Both the position numbers and the translations under genes were made by a program. Source: Escherichia coli (GTDB lineage: Bacteria; Pseudomonadota; Gammaproteobacteria; Enterobacterales; Enterobacteriaceae). From it: 64,000 bases of DNA. The stretch is taken from assembly GCF_016903815.1 (NCBI RefSeq), contig NZ_CP069973.1; one strand, given 5' to 3'. Positions 22,833 to 33,465 of this stretch are shown one piece after another; the first letter of the stretch is position 1; every line of letters starts with the position of its first letter. The notes below the pieces were generated by a model, which did not search any database, was not told where the DNA came from, and worked only from the letters and a program-made list of their open reading frames with translations.

Positions 22833-22866
22833 TACTGGGGGGTAGTATCAGGTACTGGGGGGGAGT
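22833..22866. promoter_or_regulatory. RcnR operator sites in rcnR-rcnA intergenic region
   Basis: Two TACT-G6/G7-AGTA inverted repeats (TACTGGGGGGTAGTA, TACTGGGGGGGAGTA). Confidence 0.7.
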
Positions 22867-22904
22867 AGAATCAGATTGCCGAATTAATACTAAGAATTAT
22901 TATC

Positions 22905-23729
22905 ATGACCGAATTTACAACTCTTCTTCAGCAAGGAAACGCCTGGTTCTTCATCCCCAGCGCCATCTTACTTGGTGCGCTTCATGGCCTGGAACCAGGG
23001 CACTCAAAAACGATGATGGCGGCGTTTATCATCGCCATCAAAGGCACCATTAAACAGGCGGTGATGCTCGGACTGGCAGCAACCATTTCGCATACCGCAG
23101 TGGTCTGGTTGATTGCCTTTGGCGGGATGGTGATCAGCAAGCGCTTTACTGCTCAATCAGCAGAACCGTGGCTCCAGTTGATTTCCGCAGTGATCATTAT
23201 TGGCACCGCGTTCTGGATGTTCTGGCGTACCTGGCGCGGCGAACGAAACTGGCTGGAGAATATGCACGAGCATGATCATGAGCATCATCACCACGATCAC
23301 GAAGATCACCACGACCATGGACATCATCACCATCACGAACATGGCGAGTATCAGGATGCCCATGCACGAGCCCATGCCAATGACATTAAACGACGCTTTG
23401 ATGGTAGAGAGGTCACCAACTGGCAAATTTTGCTATTTGGCTTAACCGGTGGCCTTATCCCCTGCCCGGCAGCAATTACCGTGCTGTTGATATGCATTCA
23501 GTTGAAAGCCCTGACACTGGGCGCAACACTGGTCGTCAGTTTCAGCATTGGCCTGGCGTTAACGCTTGTCACCGTAGGCGTTGGCGCAGCAATCAGCGTT
23601 CAGCAGGTCGCAAAACGCTGGAGCGGATTTAACACTCTCGCTAAACGCGCCCCCTATTTTTCCAGTCTGTTGATTGGCTTAGTTGGTGTGTATATGGGCG
23701 TACATGGCTTCATGGGCATAATGCGATAA
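22905..23729 (+). CDS. rcnA: Nickel/cobalt efflux permease
   Basis: 274-aa membrane protein with His-rich loop HEHDHEHHHHDHEDHHDHGHHHHHEH. Confidence 0.9.
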   Translation: MTEFTTLLQQGNAWFFIPSAILLGALHGLEPGHSKTMMAAFIIAIKGTIKQAVMLGLAATISHTAVVWLIAFGGMVISKRFTAQSAEPWLQLISAVIIIGTAFWMFWRTWRGERNWLENMHEHDHEHHHHDHEDHHDHGHHHHHEHGEYQDAHARAHANDIKRRFDGREVTNWQILLFGLTGGLIPCPAAITVLLICIQLKALTLGATLVVSFSIGLALTLVTVGVGAAISVQQVAKRWSGFNTLAKRAPYFSSLLIGLVGVYMGVHGFMGIMR

Positions 23730-23947
23730 CTCAATCCTTTAGGCTTGCATGTTATCTTCAGCCCAGGATGATTCTTAAATCAGCTATTTCCGCTGACTCT
23801 CTGCTCGCTAAGGATGCTTTTAGGGCATCCTTTCATTTACACTTTTTACGAAATCATGGGATCACTAACAAAATATCGCTTGCCAGTTATATTGTATGGC
23901 AGGAAAGATATGCGACTGATATTACAGATCCCCAAAGTGGAGAGTTT

Positions 23948-24286
23948 ATGACCATTAAAAATAAGATGTTGCTGGGTGCGCTTTTGCTGGTTACCAGTGC
24001 CGCCTGGGCCGCACCAGCCACCGCGGGTTCGACCAATACCTCGGGAATTTCTAAGTATGAGTTAAGCAGTTTCATTGCTGACTTTAAGCATTTCAAACCA
24101 GGCGATACCGTCCCAGAGATGTACCGCACCGATGAGTACAACATTAAGCAGTGGCAGTTACGTAACCTGCCCGCGCCTGATGCCGGGACGCACTGGACCT
24201 ATATGGGTGGCGCGTACGTGTTGATCAGCGACACCGACGGTAAAATCATTAAAGCCTACGACGGTGAGATTTTTTATCATCGCTAA
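23948..24286 (+). CDS. rcnB: Periplasmic Ni/Co homeostasis protein (112 aa)
   Basis: Signal peptide MTIKNKMLLGALLLVTSAAWA; track ORF starts 60 codons upstream. Confidence 0.8.
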   Translation: MTIKNKMLLGALLLVTSAAWAAPATAGSTNTSGISKYELSSFIADFKHFKPGDTVPEMYRTDEYNIKQWQLRNLPAPDAGTHWTYMGGAYVLISDTDGKIIKAYDGEIFYHR

Positions 24287-24311
24287 AAAAAGCCCCCTCA
24301 TCATGAGGGGG
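24285..24311 (-). terminator. Intrinsic terminator of the yeh fimbrial operon
   Basis: GC hairpin CCCCCTCA/TGAGGGGG followed on the minus strand by a T7 run, 57 nt past the yehA stop. Confidence 0.5.
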
Positions 24312-24367
24312 AAATGCAGACACCTTGTTATTTTTTATTATTAGCCACTTGCTCGTCTTGCTTGTTA

Positions 24368-25402
24368 TTAGTCGTATTTCACGTTGATTAATGCGGTTGC
24401 CTCCAGTGCGCCAGATTTAACTTTGTTTGTATCGTAGACGTAGTAACTGGCAGTTATCGGAATTGAAACCGTTGTATCTGTAAGTTTTGACTTCGCAGCA
24501 ACTTCCTTTAAATTTGTATATCCTTTACTGCTGTTAGTGATATTTAAAAGTGTGACTGGCGAACCATTACTTTCAAGAATAAACCCTACGCCATTATCTT
24601 CCGCACCTTTCAGGATCGTGTTACTACTGCCCCACAAATCAGAACTTGATAAATACACCTGCATTTTTCGTGATGTTTGATTTTGTTGACCTAATAAATT
24701 TTTACAACGCAGAATAATATCTCCTTTTTTACTATTTATTGTTGCTTTGTTACCTGTGGCTGGTAATTGTGAAACGGGAGTACTCTCTAAAGTAATTAAT
24801 AAATCGTCCGGTTTGCAGGTCGTTGTTATCGGGTTATATGACAATGCCAGATTAAAGGAATAGACACCTGCATTTTGTGCCAATGCATTTCTGTAGCTAT
24901 TTACACATGCATCCCATGACTTGCCACCTAATAAACACAGTAGAAATTGTACTGCGGCACTCCCGCGTGTCGATGATGAAGCACTGGATAATGTCGCAAC
25001 TCCATTAATCATCACTGAACCGCCGCCCCCCGCAGAAACATTCACTTTTGCATTACTGGCTGCAGGTGTCACCGTTACCGAATAACCATTGGTGAAACTG
25101 GTCTGATTATTTGACAACGTGATGTTATTTTTATTGGTCCATTCAAAATGTAAATTTAATTTAATGGTATCGTTATAAAGTCCAACAATAATATCCGACG
25201 GGCTCATAGGGGTGATAGTATTTGTACTCACGCATGACGAATCATTAAAATTATGCTCATAGGTCGCCATTTGTGTTTGAGTAAGTGCAAAATCCCCCTG
25301 AACAACCAAATTGTGCTGAACAGATAACTCACTATAACATGCTGCATAGCTCACTGGCATAACCATCATCATTAATATAAATAGCATTATGCGAATTTTC
25401 AT
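24368..25402 (-). CDS. yehA: Fimbrial adhesin-like protein
   Basis: 344-aa secreted protein, last gene of the chaperone-usher cluster. Confidence 0.75.
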   Translation of the reverse strand: MKIRIMLFILMMMVMPVSYAACYSELSVQHNLVVQGDFALTQTQMATYEHNFNDSSCVSTNTITPMSPSDIIVGLYNDTIKLNLHFEWTNKNNITLSNNQTSFTNGYSVTVTPAASNAKVNVSAGGGGSVMINGVATLSSASSSTRGSAAVQFLLCLLGGKSWDACVNSYRNALAQNAGVYSFNLALSYNPITTTCKPDDLLITLESTPVSQLPATGNKATINSKKGDIILRCKNLLGQQNQTSRKMQVYLSSSDLWGSSNTILKGAEDNGVGFILESNGSPVTLLNITNSSKGYTNLKEVAAKSKLTDTTVSIPITASYYVYDTNKVKSGALEATALINVKYD

Positions 25403-25417
25403 AGAACCACCTGACTA

Positions 25418-27898
25418 TTACTGGCAAATATAATTTCTACTTTCATCAATCTCTTTACCGAAGGTGATTGTGCATGAAAGTCCTTGTTGCTTATTAATTG
25501 CCACATTAACCGACGGCGGTACTTCATTGGTGCGAATAAATAACTGGCTTCCCTGGCCGACAACGCCAATATTATGACCATGGATATCATTGACTTCATA
25601 ACCAAACGTTAATGGTTGCCCATCCGTTCTTAACGCTTTTATAAACCAGGGCTTGCGCTGATCGGTATCAAAATTAACCAGTACAACCGCGCCGCGATAA
25701 GGTGCGGCAATTTTCCGGTTACCGCGCAATTCTGCTTCGCTATCGCTTTGCGACACATCCAGCATCAGGTGATTTTCCCGATAAGGTGTCATTCCGTCGT
25801 ATACCACCACTCCATTACGGTTTGTTGTGCGATATTTTTGCCCATTGACATAAGCATCTTTAATTCCTGGCGCATTCATCACTGCAAACGTTTCGGAAAG
25901 ACGGTTCGCCAGATTAACGCCCTCCGACCAGGCGACAATGCCCCCTGAAACACTGGCTCCAGCCTGTAGATAAGTACTCGACTGACTATAACTGCCATTC
26001 ACTGTCGCAACCGGCGCGTTCCAGGTTAAATTCGCTCCAGCTGTCGTTTCATTTCCCTGATGCTGATGACTCAGGTTGACCCCATAGTTAAATTGATCCC
26101 GGCTTCCAACGGTTCCCGATAATCCCGTATTATTTGAGGCAAAACCCTGATCATCAAACGTCGTTGAGTTAGACATATATATTTGCCGACGAGGCGTCGT
26201 AACGTCATCACCCCAATCAAAGGGAATCGATATAAAAATATTAAAACGTTTCTCTTCATGATGATTCTCGTCATAAGCCTGGCTTGCCGCGAGGGTATAG
26301 CTTATCCGTCGCAGGTTGTTGGAATAACTCAACTGATAATCCTTACTGCTGCCGCTACGCCCCCAGTAATCTCGCCATAACGTACTTAAGGACACAGAAC
26401 CCCAGCCTTCTGGCAATGACTGGCTCATATTGGCAGAAAAGCTATTTTTACGGCCAAAATCGTTCTGGTAATAATCGGCAATGTCATAGATATCGTTTTC
26501 ATCACGGCGATAATTATCTTTATTGTTTGCCCAAACATGATCGTTAAATGTCCGGTAATCACGCGACGAATAACGCCAGGCCGCCAGACCAAAACGCGTC
26601 GACGTTTGGCTCACAAATTTGTTGTAGGCAATTTGATAACTTTGCCCGTCAAACACATCGCCGTTGTCTTGTTTACTATGCGACTTCGTGGCATCGACGG
26701 AAATGGCACCAATGCGTGTATTCCAGCCAGTCCCCAAAGTGAACGCGTAATAATTATTCGCGACCATCGATCCGCCATACAGCGTCAATAAGTTATTAAA
26801 ACCATACTGATAACCCGCCTGGACAAAATCACTTTGTTTGCTCGCCCCTTCAATATGGCTACGACCCGCCGCAAAATCATATTTCGACACGCCAGGTTGC
26901 AGCATATTCGGCACCGCTGCATAAGGCACCAGATAGGTGGTTACCGAACCGTCCGCCTCTTTCACGCTGACATCAAGATCTGCTCCACCACCGGCCAACT
27001 GCAAATCTGTAATCGCAAACGGGCCAGGAGGAACCTCTTTCTGATAAACCACAAAACCGTTCTGTTCAATAGTTACCAGCGCGTTACTCTGAGCAATCCC
27101 CTGCACCCGTGGAGTAAAATTCTGTTTCGAGTTAGGCAACATCTGCATATCACGAAACAACCGCACACCGCTGAAGCGAACAGAATCAAAAATATCGCTT
27201 GATGTGTACATATCACCCACGCGAAGCGTGCCGAGAAGTTGGGCAAATCCACGTTCCAGATACAGGGTATTGCTTTTCCACCCCCCTGGATTGCTATTTG
27301 TTTTACTGAAACTGGCATCAGAATGCAGTTGCCACCCCAGTAAGTTTAACCCGCTGTTAAAACGTACATATGTACTCTTGCTATTACCCGACGCTTTATA
27401 GTCGCTGTAATACTGACTCACATAATAAGAGGTATAAAACGCATTAATACCCCGCTCCCAGTTTTCCGGTGGAACATAGCCACTTTCCAGTTCTTCCACC
27501 CACGCCTGCGGGACACTGAAATCGAGACGAAAAACTCCGATATCCCAGGTATAGCTCCCACCCTGAACAAGTTGCTCAAATGTTAAACATTGCTTACCGC
27601 TGGCAAAGTTATCGGTATTAATGCCTAACCGCTTGATAATTTCCCTTGATATACATGTTTCTTGCGGGTTGTCTTTAACAATGATCTCATATTTCCCGCG
27701 CCATTGCTTATTGACATAAATATCGATGTCATACTGCCCCGGCAAGGGTTGATTATCATCAAGACGAATATTTGCAACCTGCTGGTCTTTCATTCCACCT
27801 ATCATAAAATGGGTATCAAAGGTTTCTTCAGCTGCATAAGCTTCAATGCCGAGCAATAACGCTACGATTGCTGATGCAAGTGGGGTCATTCTCAACAT
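25418..27898 (-). CDS. yehB: Fimbrial outer-membrane usher
   Basis: 826 aa from MLRMTPLA; usher-like beta-barrel protein. Confidence 0.85.
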   Translation of the reverse strand: MLRMTPLASAIVALLLGIEAYAAEETFDTHFMIGGMKDQQVANIRLDDNQPLPGQYDIDIYVNKQWRGKYEIIVKDNPQETCISREIIKRLGINTDNFASGKQCLTFEQLVQGGSYTWDIGVFRLDFSVPQAWVEELESGYVPPENWERGINAFYTSYYVSQYYSDYKASGNSKSTYVRFNSGLNLLGWQLHSDASFSKTNSNPGGWKSNTLYLERGFAQLLGTLRVGDMYTSSDIFDSVRFSGVRLFRDMQMLPNSKQNFTPRVQGIAQSNALVTIEQNGFVVYQKEVPPGPFAITDLQLAGGGADLDVSVKEADGSVTTYLVPYAAVPNMLQPGVSKYDFAAGRSHIEGASKQSDFVQAGYQYGFNNLLTLYGGSMVANNYYAFTLGTGWNTRIGAISVDATKSHSKQDNGDVFDGQSYQIAYNKFVSQTSTRFGLAAWRYSSRDYRTFNDHVWANNKDNYRRDENDIYDIADYYQNDFGRKNSFSANMSQSLPEGWGSVSLSTLWRDYWGRSGSSKDYQLSYSNNLRRISYTLAASQAYDENHHEEKRFNIFISIPFDWGDDVTTPRRQIYMSNSTTFDDQGFASNNTGLSGTVGSRDQFNYGVNLSHQHQGNETTAGANLTWNAPVATVNGSYSQSSTYLQAGASVSGGIVAWSEGVNLANRLSETFAVMNAPGIKDAYVNGQKYRTTNRNGVVVYDGMTPYRENHLMLDVSQSDSEAELRGNRKIAAPYRGAVVLVNFDTDQRKPWFIKALRTDGQPLTFGYEVNDIHGHNIGVVGQGSQLFIRTNEVPPSVNVAINKQQGLSCTITFGKEIDESRNYICQ

Positions 27899-27913
27899 AG
27901 GCAGCTCCTGCAA

Positions 27914-28588
27914 TTAAATTTTGTCACTAATATAGTTGCCATGGTCATCGATAATGGTCAGATACCAGTTATTCGCATTATTACTTTTGACATTAATACT
28001 CTGACTTTCTAAGGGGGCAATCATAATAGTTTCATAATTGACTTTGACATTATTAGCTTTGACATCCGAAATCGTTACCCAATTTGCTGAGTCATTTTTT
28101 ATCACCAATCCATTGCCACTGCGATTTACCAGTAACTTTTTAAATGTCGCTTTATTTACTGGCGCAATACCCGCAGGCCGGTAAAACAATTTAATTCTGT
28201 TTTGCATTGCAAATTTCAGTGCATTCTTGCCCTCTTGCTCTGGACTATTTGGTGGAATATCCAGAACATTCAGATAAAAAATGCTCTCTTTATTAGTGGG
28301 CAGTTTATTCGGCATAATTTTGATTTTTACTTGCTGCCCGGAATTTGCCCCTATTTTTGCCACTGGTGGCGTTAACATGAAAGGAACCTGAATTTTTTCT
28401 GGTGGTAACGACGTATCGCCATCATCAATCCACGCCTGCAGCAGCGAAGAACGGTTTCCCTGATTCATCAACTGCACCATCACTTCTTTATTTTCTGCCG
28501 GGTAAATAATACGCGTCCCGTAGATAACAATACCGGCATGTGCAGGAAGGACCATAGAAGAAATGAGTAAAGCTAATAATCCTTTCAT
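27914..28588 (-). CDS. yehC: Periplasmic fimbrial chaperone (PapD-like)
   Basis: 224 aa with signal peptide and chaperone-like N-terminal domain. Confidence 0.85.
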   Translation of the reverse strand: MKGLLALLISSMVLPAHAGIVIYGTRIIYPAENKEVMVQLMNQGNRSSLLQAWIDDGDTSLPPEKIQVPFMLTPPVAKIGANSGQQVKIKIMPNKLPTNKESIFYLNVLDIPPNSPEQEGKNALKFAMQNRIKLFYRPAGIAPVNKATFKKLLVNRSGNGLVIKNDSANWVTISDVKANNVKVNYETIMIAPLESQSINVKSNNANNWYLTIIDDHGNYISDKI

Positions 28589-28668
28589 CTTAATGCCTCT
28601 TAAATTAAAAGGCCGCCATGGGGATAGCGGCCATGTTTATTACCTGGAGAAACTTGAAGTTTTATTTA

Positions 28669-29211
28669 TTAATCCTGCGCCACACGCATAACCAGAGAAG
28701 ATAACACATCACCTGATTGCACTGAATTATCTGTCAGCTTCAGGTATTTTGCTTTAAACGGAATAGCATATTGACCTTCCGCTGTTTTATAACTCTCAAT
28801 GTTAAAAGGTGCAGAAACATCCAGGACATCGCTGTTATCACCTAAATAGAGATAGTACCCCACGGTATCGTTGCTACTGGCTATCGCCTTATCGTTTCCG
28901 GTTATTTTATCGTTGGTAATCAACGAGAGTTTTACACCAGCAACTTCTTTCGGACAGCTAATTTTTAACATGCTGCTGGTTACACCGACTGCATCATCAT
29001 AGGTCGAGTATTTAGCTTTACCTTCAAAGACAGTGGTTGGTACAGTTGGCATATTAATACTTACTGAATCGCCACCCGCTTCGAATTTACACGGAGATTC
29101 TGCAATATTCCCTTTAATGGTTAATGTTCCGGTATCAACGTCTGCGGCAAATACCCCAGCGCTCATAAAAAAAGAAGAAAAGACAGCGGCAGCAATAATT
29201 GAACGTTTCAT
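28669..29211 (-). CDS. yehD: Major fimbrial subunit
   Basis: 180-aa pilin-like protein with signal peptide and conserved Cys pair. Confidence 0.8.
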   Translation of the reverse strand: MKRSIIAAAVFSSFFMSAGVFAADVDTGTLTIKGNIAESPCKFEAGGDSVSINMPTVPTTVFEGKAKYSTYDDAVGVTSSMLKISCPKEVAGVKLSLITNDKITGNDKAIASSNDTVGYYLYLGDNSDVLDVSAPFNIESYKTAEGQYAIPFKAKYLKLTDNSVQSGDVLSSLVMRVAQD

Positions 29212-29431
29212 AATATGTTCCTTAATAAAATTTATTTTTTGGTTGTTAAGAGTCTGTATCTCTTGGAAACAAATTTCTCACATCAAAAAAGTTGCCGAAA
29301 TGTAAACATATTGTTTTATTGATTTAAAACAAATTAACTATTGCAATATAAACACAACAAATACTTAAGCATATTAAATATTTATCACATCTATTAATTA
29401 ATGCAGATTTTTGTAAGTGGTATTATTGATA

Positions 29432-29472
29432 TAAATAAAAAAGCTGAAATCATTCACACGAATGATTTCAGC
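29432..29472 (-). terminator. Intrinsic terminator downstream of yehE
   Basis: Perfect 13-bp stem GCTGAAATCATTC/GAATGATTTCAGC, 4-nt loop, then T-run on the minus strand. Confidence 0.5.
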
Positions 29473-29506
29473 TTTCTAAATCCGATTAAAAAACCAGGGT
29501 GGCAAA

Positions 29507-29788
29507 TTAATCGTAGCGATTTAACACGATTCGACGTTTGCTATCGCTACCTGCAACAACCACTTCTGTCGTTACACCTTTGACTGGCGAAGAAACCTGA
29601 TGACGGGTATCAACATCATACGTTAACTGACCACAATACTGTTGAGGTTGACCATTAACCATAGCCATACTGCATGTTGGGGGACTGATCCTGCCATTAA
29701 TCGTTAATGTGGCAGTCTGTGAAGAGAACGCGGGAGAAGCCATTCCATAGGCAAGAAAAATAATTCCTGACAGCCAGTACTTATTCAT
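29507..29788 (-). CDS. yehE: Small secreted protein YehE
   Basis: 93 aa with signal peptide. Confidence 0.7.
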   Translation of the reverse strand: MNKYWLSGIIFLAYGMASPAFSSQTATLTINGRISPPTCSMAMVNGQPQQYCGQLTYDVDTRHQVSSPVKGVTTEVVVAGSDSKRRIVLNRYD

Positions 29789-29977
29789 TGAACGTTATCC
29801 CTGTAGTAAAGGTTATGCCTGGATAGAATGAGTGCATAACAAACTATAGCTGTACATCCACTACACAGCCACGAAGGATGATAATGAAGCATTGCCTGTA
29901 CGATCAATCGACTTTATAGAGTTTCGGACGAAGGTCCGCAGAATATTTGCAGCATTAAATAAGTGTTCATTAATGCG

Positions 29978-30020
29978 GCAAAAACAAATACACCGCATCA
30001 ATGTAACATCTCTGCGGTGT
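29978..30020 (-). terminator. Putative mrp terminator
   Basis: Hairpin ACACCGCA...TGCGGTGT followed by ATTTGTTTTT on the minus strand, 30 nt past the mrp stop. Confidence 0.4.
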
Positions 30021-30050
30021 ATGAAAAACAACCAAAAAGGTTAATACGCG

Positions 30051-31160
30051 TTAGACCGCGCGGAAGGAAATCTCGCCAGGAATGACTTCTCCCTGCCAAT
30101 AAAGCTGGGCTGCAACGCGGTCAGCCAGCTGGCGGTAGATAGCGGTAAATTCGCTCTCCGGACGGCTGATAACCGTTGGCGTGCCTTTATCGAGATCTTC
30201 ACGTAAGGAGATGTGTAACGGCATCTGCCCCAGCAACTGCGTGTGATATTTCTCGGCCAGTTTCTCTGCACCACCGGTACCGAAAATCGGTTCATGGTGA
30301 CCACAGTTACTGCAAATATGCACACTCATGTTCTCGACAATACCGAGCACCGGAACCTCGACTTTCTCGAACATCACAATGCCTTTTTTCGCATCGATCA
30401 ACGCAATGTCCTGCGGAGTGGTGACCACTACCGCGCCAGTTACTGGTATGTTTTGTGCCAGTGTCAATTGAATGTCACCGGTGCCTGGCGGCATATCAAG
30501 CACCAGATAGTCGAGATCCGGCCACAAGGTTTCCTGCAACATCTGCATTAACGCCTTGCTCGCCATCGGACCACGCCACACCATCGCATTGTCGTCAGTG
30601 ACCAGATAACCAATTGAATTGGTTGCCAGTCCATGAGACATAATCGGTGCCATATGGGTACCGTCCGGCGAAGTTGGACGCTGATTTTCTGCACCCAGCA
30701 TGGTGGGTATTGATGGGCCGTAGATATCGGCGTCCAGAATGCCGACTTTCGCCCCTTCCGCCGCCAGTGCCAGCGCCAGGTTTACCGCCGTGGAGGATTT
30801 ACCCACGCCGCCTTTACCGGAGCTGACCGCAATGATGTTCTTCACGCCGTTAATTCCCGGCTGATTCTTCACGCGTTTTAAGGTGGCGATATTGTGCGAC
30901 AGTTTCCAGTCGATAGCTTTCGCCCCGGTGATGCGCAGCAGTTCGGCGCTACATTGCTCTTTTAACTCTTCGAACGCGCTATGCCAGACGAATGGCATAA
31001 CCAGTTCCACATGCAACGTGTCGTCCATCCAGGCGACATGGTGCAACGCTTTCAGCGTGGTGAGGTTATGCTTCAGGGTTGGGTGCTGAAAATTGGCCAG
31101 TGTCCCGGCGACCATTGCGCGCAAGGCTTCTGGTGATTTGGCCTGGGATTGTTCGTTCAT
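30051..31160 (-). CDS. mrp: Fe-S cluster carrier ATPase Mrp/ApbC
   Basis: 369 aa from MNEQSQ; deviant Walker A SGKGGVGKSS and CxxC. Confidence 0.9.
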   Translation of the reverse strand: MNEQSQAKSPEALRAMVAGTLANFQHPTLKHNLTTLKALHHVAWMDDTLHVELVMPFVWHSAFEELKEQCSAELLRITGAKAIDWKLSHNIATLKRVKNQPGINGVKNIIAVSSGKGGVGKSSTAVNLALALAAEGAKVGILDADIYGPSIPTMLGAENQRPTSPDGTHMAPIMSHGLATNSIGYLVTDDNAMVWRGPMASKALMQMLQETLWPDLDYLVLDMPPGTGDIQLTLAQNIPVTGAVVVTTPQDIALIDAKKGIVMFEKVEVPVLGIVENMSVHICSNCGHHEPIFGTGGAEKLAEKYHTQLLGQMPLHISLREDLDKGTPTVISRPESEFTAIYRQLADRVAAQLYWQGEVIPGEISFRAV

Positions 31161-31291
31161 CCCGACTCCTTTTTTGTATAGATAAACCATCAGCTGATAG
31201 TTTACCTGAAGAATATAGAGAAGTACTTACTTAACATTTTTCCATTTGGTACTATCTAACCCCTTTTCACTATTAAGAAGTAATGCCTACT

Positions 31292-33325
31292 ATGACTCAA
31301 GTCGCGAAGAAAATTCTGGTGACGTGCGCACTGCCGTACGCTAACGGCTCAATCCACCTCGGCCATATGCTGGAGCACATCCAGGCTGATGTCTGGGTCC
31401 GTTACCAGCGAATGCGCGGCCACGAGGTCAACTTCATCTGCGCCGACGATGCCCACGGCACACCGATCATGCTGAAAGCTCAGCAGCTCGGTATCACCCC
31501 GGAGCAGATGATTGGCGAAATGAGTCAGGAGCATCAGACTGATTTCGCAGGCTTTAACATCAGCTATGACAACTATCACTCGACGCACAGCGAAGAGAAC
31601 CGCCAGTTGTCAGAACTTATCTACTCTCGCCTGAAAGAAAACGGTTTTATTAAAAACCGCACCATCTCTCAGCTTTACGATCCGGAAAAAGGCATGTTCC
31701 TGCCGGACCGTTTTGTAAAAGGCACCTGCCCGAAATGTAAATCCCCGGATCAATACGGCGATAACTGCGAAGTCTGCGGTGCGACCTACAGCCCGACTGA
31801 ACTGATCGAGCCGAAATCGGTGGTTTCTGGCGCTACCCCGGTAATGCGTGATTCTGAACACTTCTTCTTTGATCTGCCCTCTTTCAGCGAAATGTTGCAG
31901 GCATGGACCCGCAGCGGTGCGTTGCAGGAGCAGGTGGCAAACAAAATGCAGGAGTGGTTTGAATCCGGCCTGCAACAGTGGGATATCTCCCGCGACGCCC
32001 CTTACTTCGGTTTTGAAATTCCGAACGCGCCGGGCAAATATTTCTACGTCTGGCTGGACGCACCGATTGGCTACATGGGTTCCTTCAAGAATCTGTGCGA
32101 CAAACGCGGCAACACCACCAGCTTCGATGAATACTGGAAGAAAGATTCCACCGCCGAGCTGTACCACTTCATCGGTAAAGATATCGTTTACTTCCACAGC
32201 CTGTTCTGGCCTGCCATGCTGGAAGGCAGCAACTTCCGCAAGCCGACTAACCTGTTTGTTCATGGCTATGTGACGGTGAACGGCGCGAAGATGTCCAAGT
32301 CTCGCGGCACCTTTATTAAAGCCAGTACCTGGCTGAATCATTTTGATGCTGACAGCCTGCGTTACTACTACACTGCGAAACTCTCTTCGCGCATTGATGA
32401 TATCGATCTCAACCTGGAAGATTTCGTTCAGCGTGTGAATGCCGATATCGTGAATAAAGTGGTTAACCTGGCATCCCGTAACGCTGGCTTTATCAACAAG
32501 CGTTTTGACGGCGTGCTGGCAAGCGAACTGGCTGACCCGCAGTTGTACAAAACCTTCACGGATGCCGCTGAAGTGATTGGTGAAGCGTGGGAAAGCCGCG
32601 AATTTGGTAAAGCAGTACGCGAAATTATGGCGCTGGCTGATCTGGCTAACCGCTATGTCGATGAACAGGCTCCGTGGGTGGTGGCGAAACAGGAAGGCCG
32701 CGATGCCGACCTGCAGGCAATTTGCTCGATGGGCATCAACCTGTTCCGCGTGCTGATGACTTACCTGAAGCCGGTACTGCCGAAACTGACCGAGCGTGCA
32801 GAAGCATTCCTCAATACAGAACTGACCTGGCATGGTATCCAGCAACCGCTGTTGGGCCATAAAGTGAATCCGTTCAAGGCGCTGTATAACCGCATCGATA
32901 TGAAGCAGGTTGAAGCACTGGTGGAAGCATCTAAAGAAGAAGTAAAAGCCGCTGCCGCGCCGGTAACTGGCCCGCTGGCTGACGATCCAATCCAGGAAAC
33001 TATCACCTTTGATGACTTCGCCAAAGTTGACCTGCGCGTGGCACTGATTGAAAACGCAGAGTTTGTTGAAGGTTCCGACAAACTGCTGCGCCTGACGCTG
33101 GATCTCGGCGGTGAAAAACGCAATGTCTTCTCCGGCATTCGTTCTGCTTACCCGGATCCGCAGGCACTGATTGGTCGTCACACCATTATGGTGGCTAACC
33201 TGGCACCACGTAAAATGCGCTTCGGTATCTCCGAAGGCATGGTGATGGCTGCCGGTCCTGGCGGGAAAGATATTTTCCTGCTAAGCCCGGATGCCGGTGC
33301 TAAACCGGGTCATCAGGTGAAATAA
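31292..33325 (+). CDS. metG: Methionyl-tRNA synthetase
   Basis: 677 aa from [14 protein letters not shown] (HLGH), KMSKS and zinc knuckles CPKC...CEVC. Confidence 0.95.
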   Translation: MTQVAKKILVTCALPYANGSIHLGHMLEHIQADVWVRYQRMRGHEVNFICADDAHGTPIMLKAQQLGITPEQMIGEMSQEHQTDFAGFNISYDNYHSTHSEENRQLSELIYSRLKENGFIKNRTISQLYDPEKGMFLPDRFVKGTCPKCKSPDQYGDNCEVCGATYSPTELIEPKSVVSGATPVMRDSEHFFFDLPSFSEMLQAWTRSGALQEQVANKMQEWFESGLQQWDISRDAPYFGFEIPNAPGKYFYVWLDAPIGYMGSFKNLCDKRGNTTSFDEYWKKDSTAELYHFIGKDIVYFHSLFWPAMLEGSNFRKPTNLFVHGYVTVNGAKMSKSRGTFIKASTWLNHFDADSLRYYYTAKLSSRIDDIDLNLEDFVQRVNADIVNKVVNLASRNAGFINKRFDGVLASELADPQLYKTFTDAAEVIGEAWESREFGKAVREIMALADLANRYVDEQAPWVVAKQEGRDADLQAICSMGINLFRVLMTYLKPVLPKLTERAEAFLNTELTWHGIQQPLLGHKVNPFKALYNRIDMKQVEALVEASKEEVKAAAAPVTGPLADDPIQETITFDDFAKVDLRVALIENAEFVEGSDKLLRLTLDLGGEKRNVFSGIRSAYPDPQALIGRHTIMVANLAPRKMRFGISEGMVMAAGPGGKDIFLLSPDAGAKPGHQVK

Positions 33326-33334
33326 TCTCCTTTC

Positions 33335-33366
33335 AAGGCGCTGTATCGACAGCGCCTTTTCTTTAT
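33335..33366 (+). terminator. metG intrinsic terminator
   Basis: Hairpin AGGCGCTGT-ATCG-ACAGCGCCT followed by TTTTCTTT. Confidence 0.6.
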
Positions 33367-33465
33367 AAATTCCTAAAGTTGTTTTCTTGCGATTTTGTCT
33401 CTCTCTAACCCGCATAAATACTGGTAGCATCAGCATTCAACTGGATAAAATTACAGGGATGCAGA

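Noticed and set aside
23157-23426. Met/His/Ile-rich ORF antisense to rcnA
   Set aside because: Artefact of the repetitive CAT/CAC His-codon run of the RcnA loop read on the opposite strand.
31610-33181. 523-aa ORF antisense to metG
   Set aside because: Lies entirely within the metG coding region, whose HIGH/KMSKS motifs identify the sense strand unambiguously; long antisense ORFs are common in GC-balanced genes.
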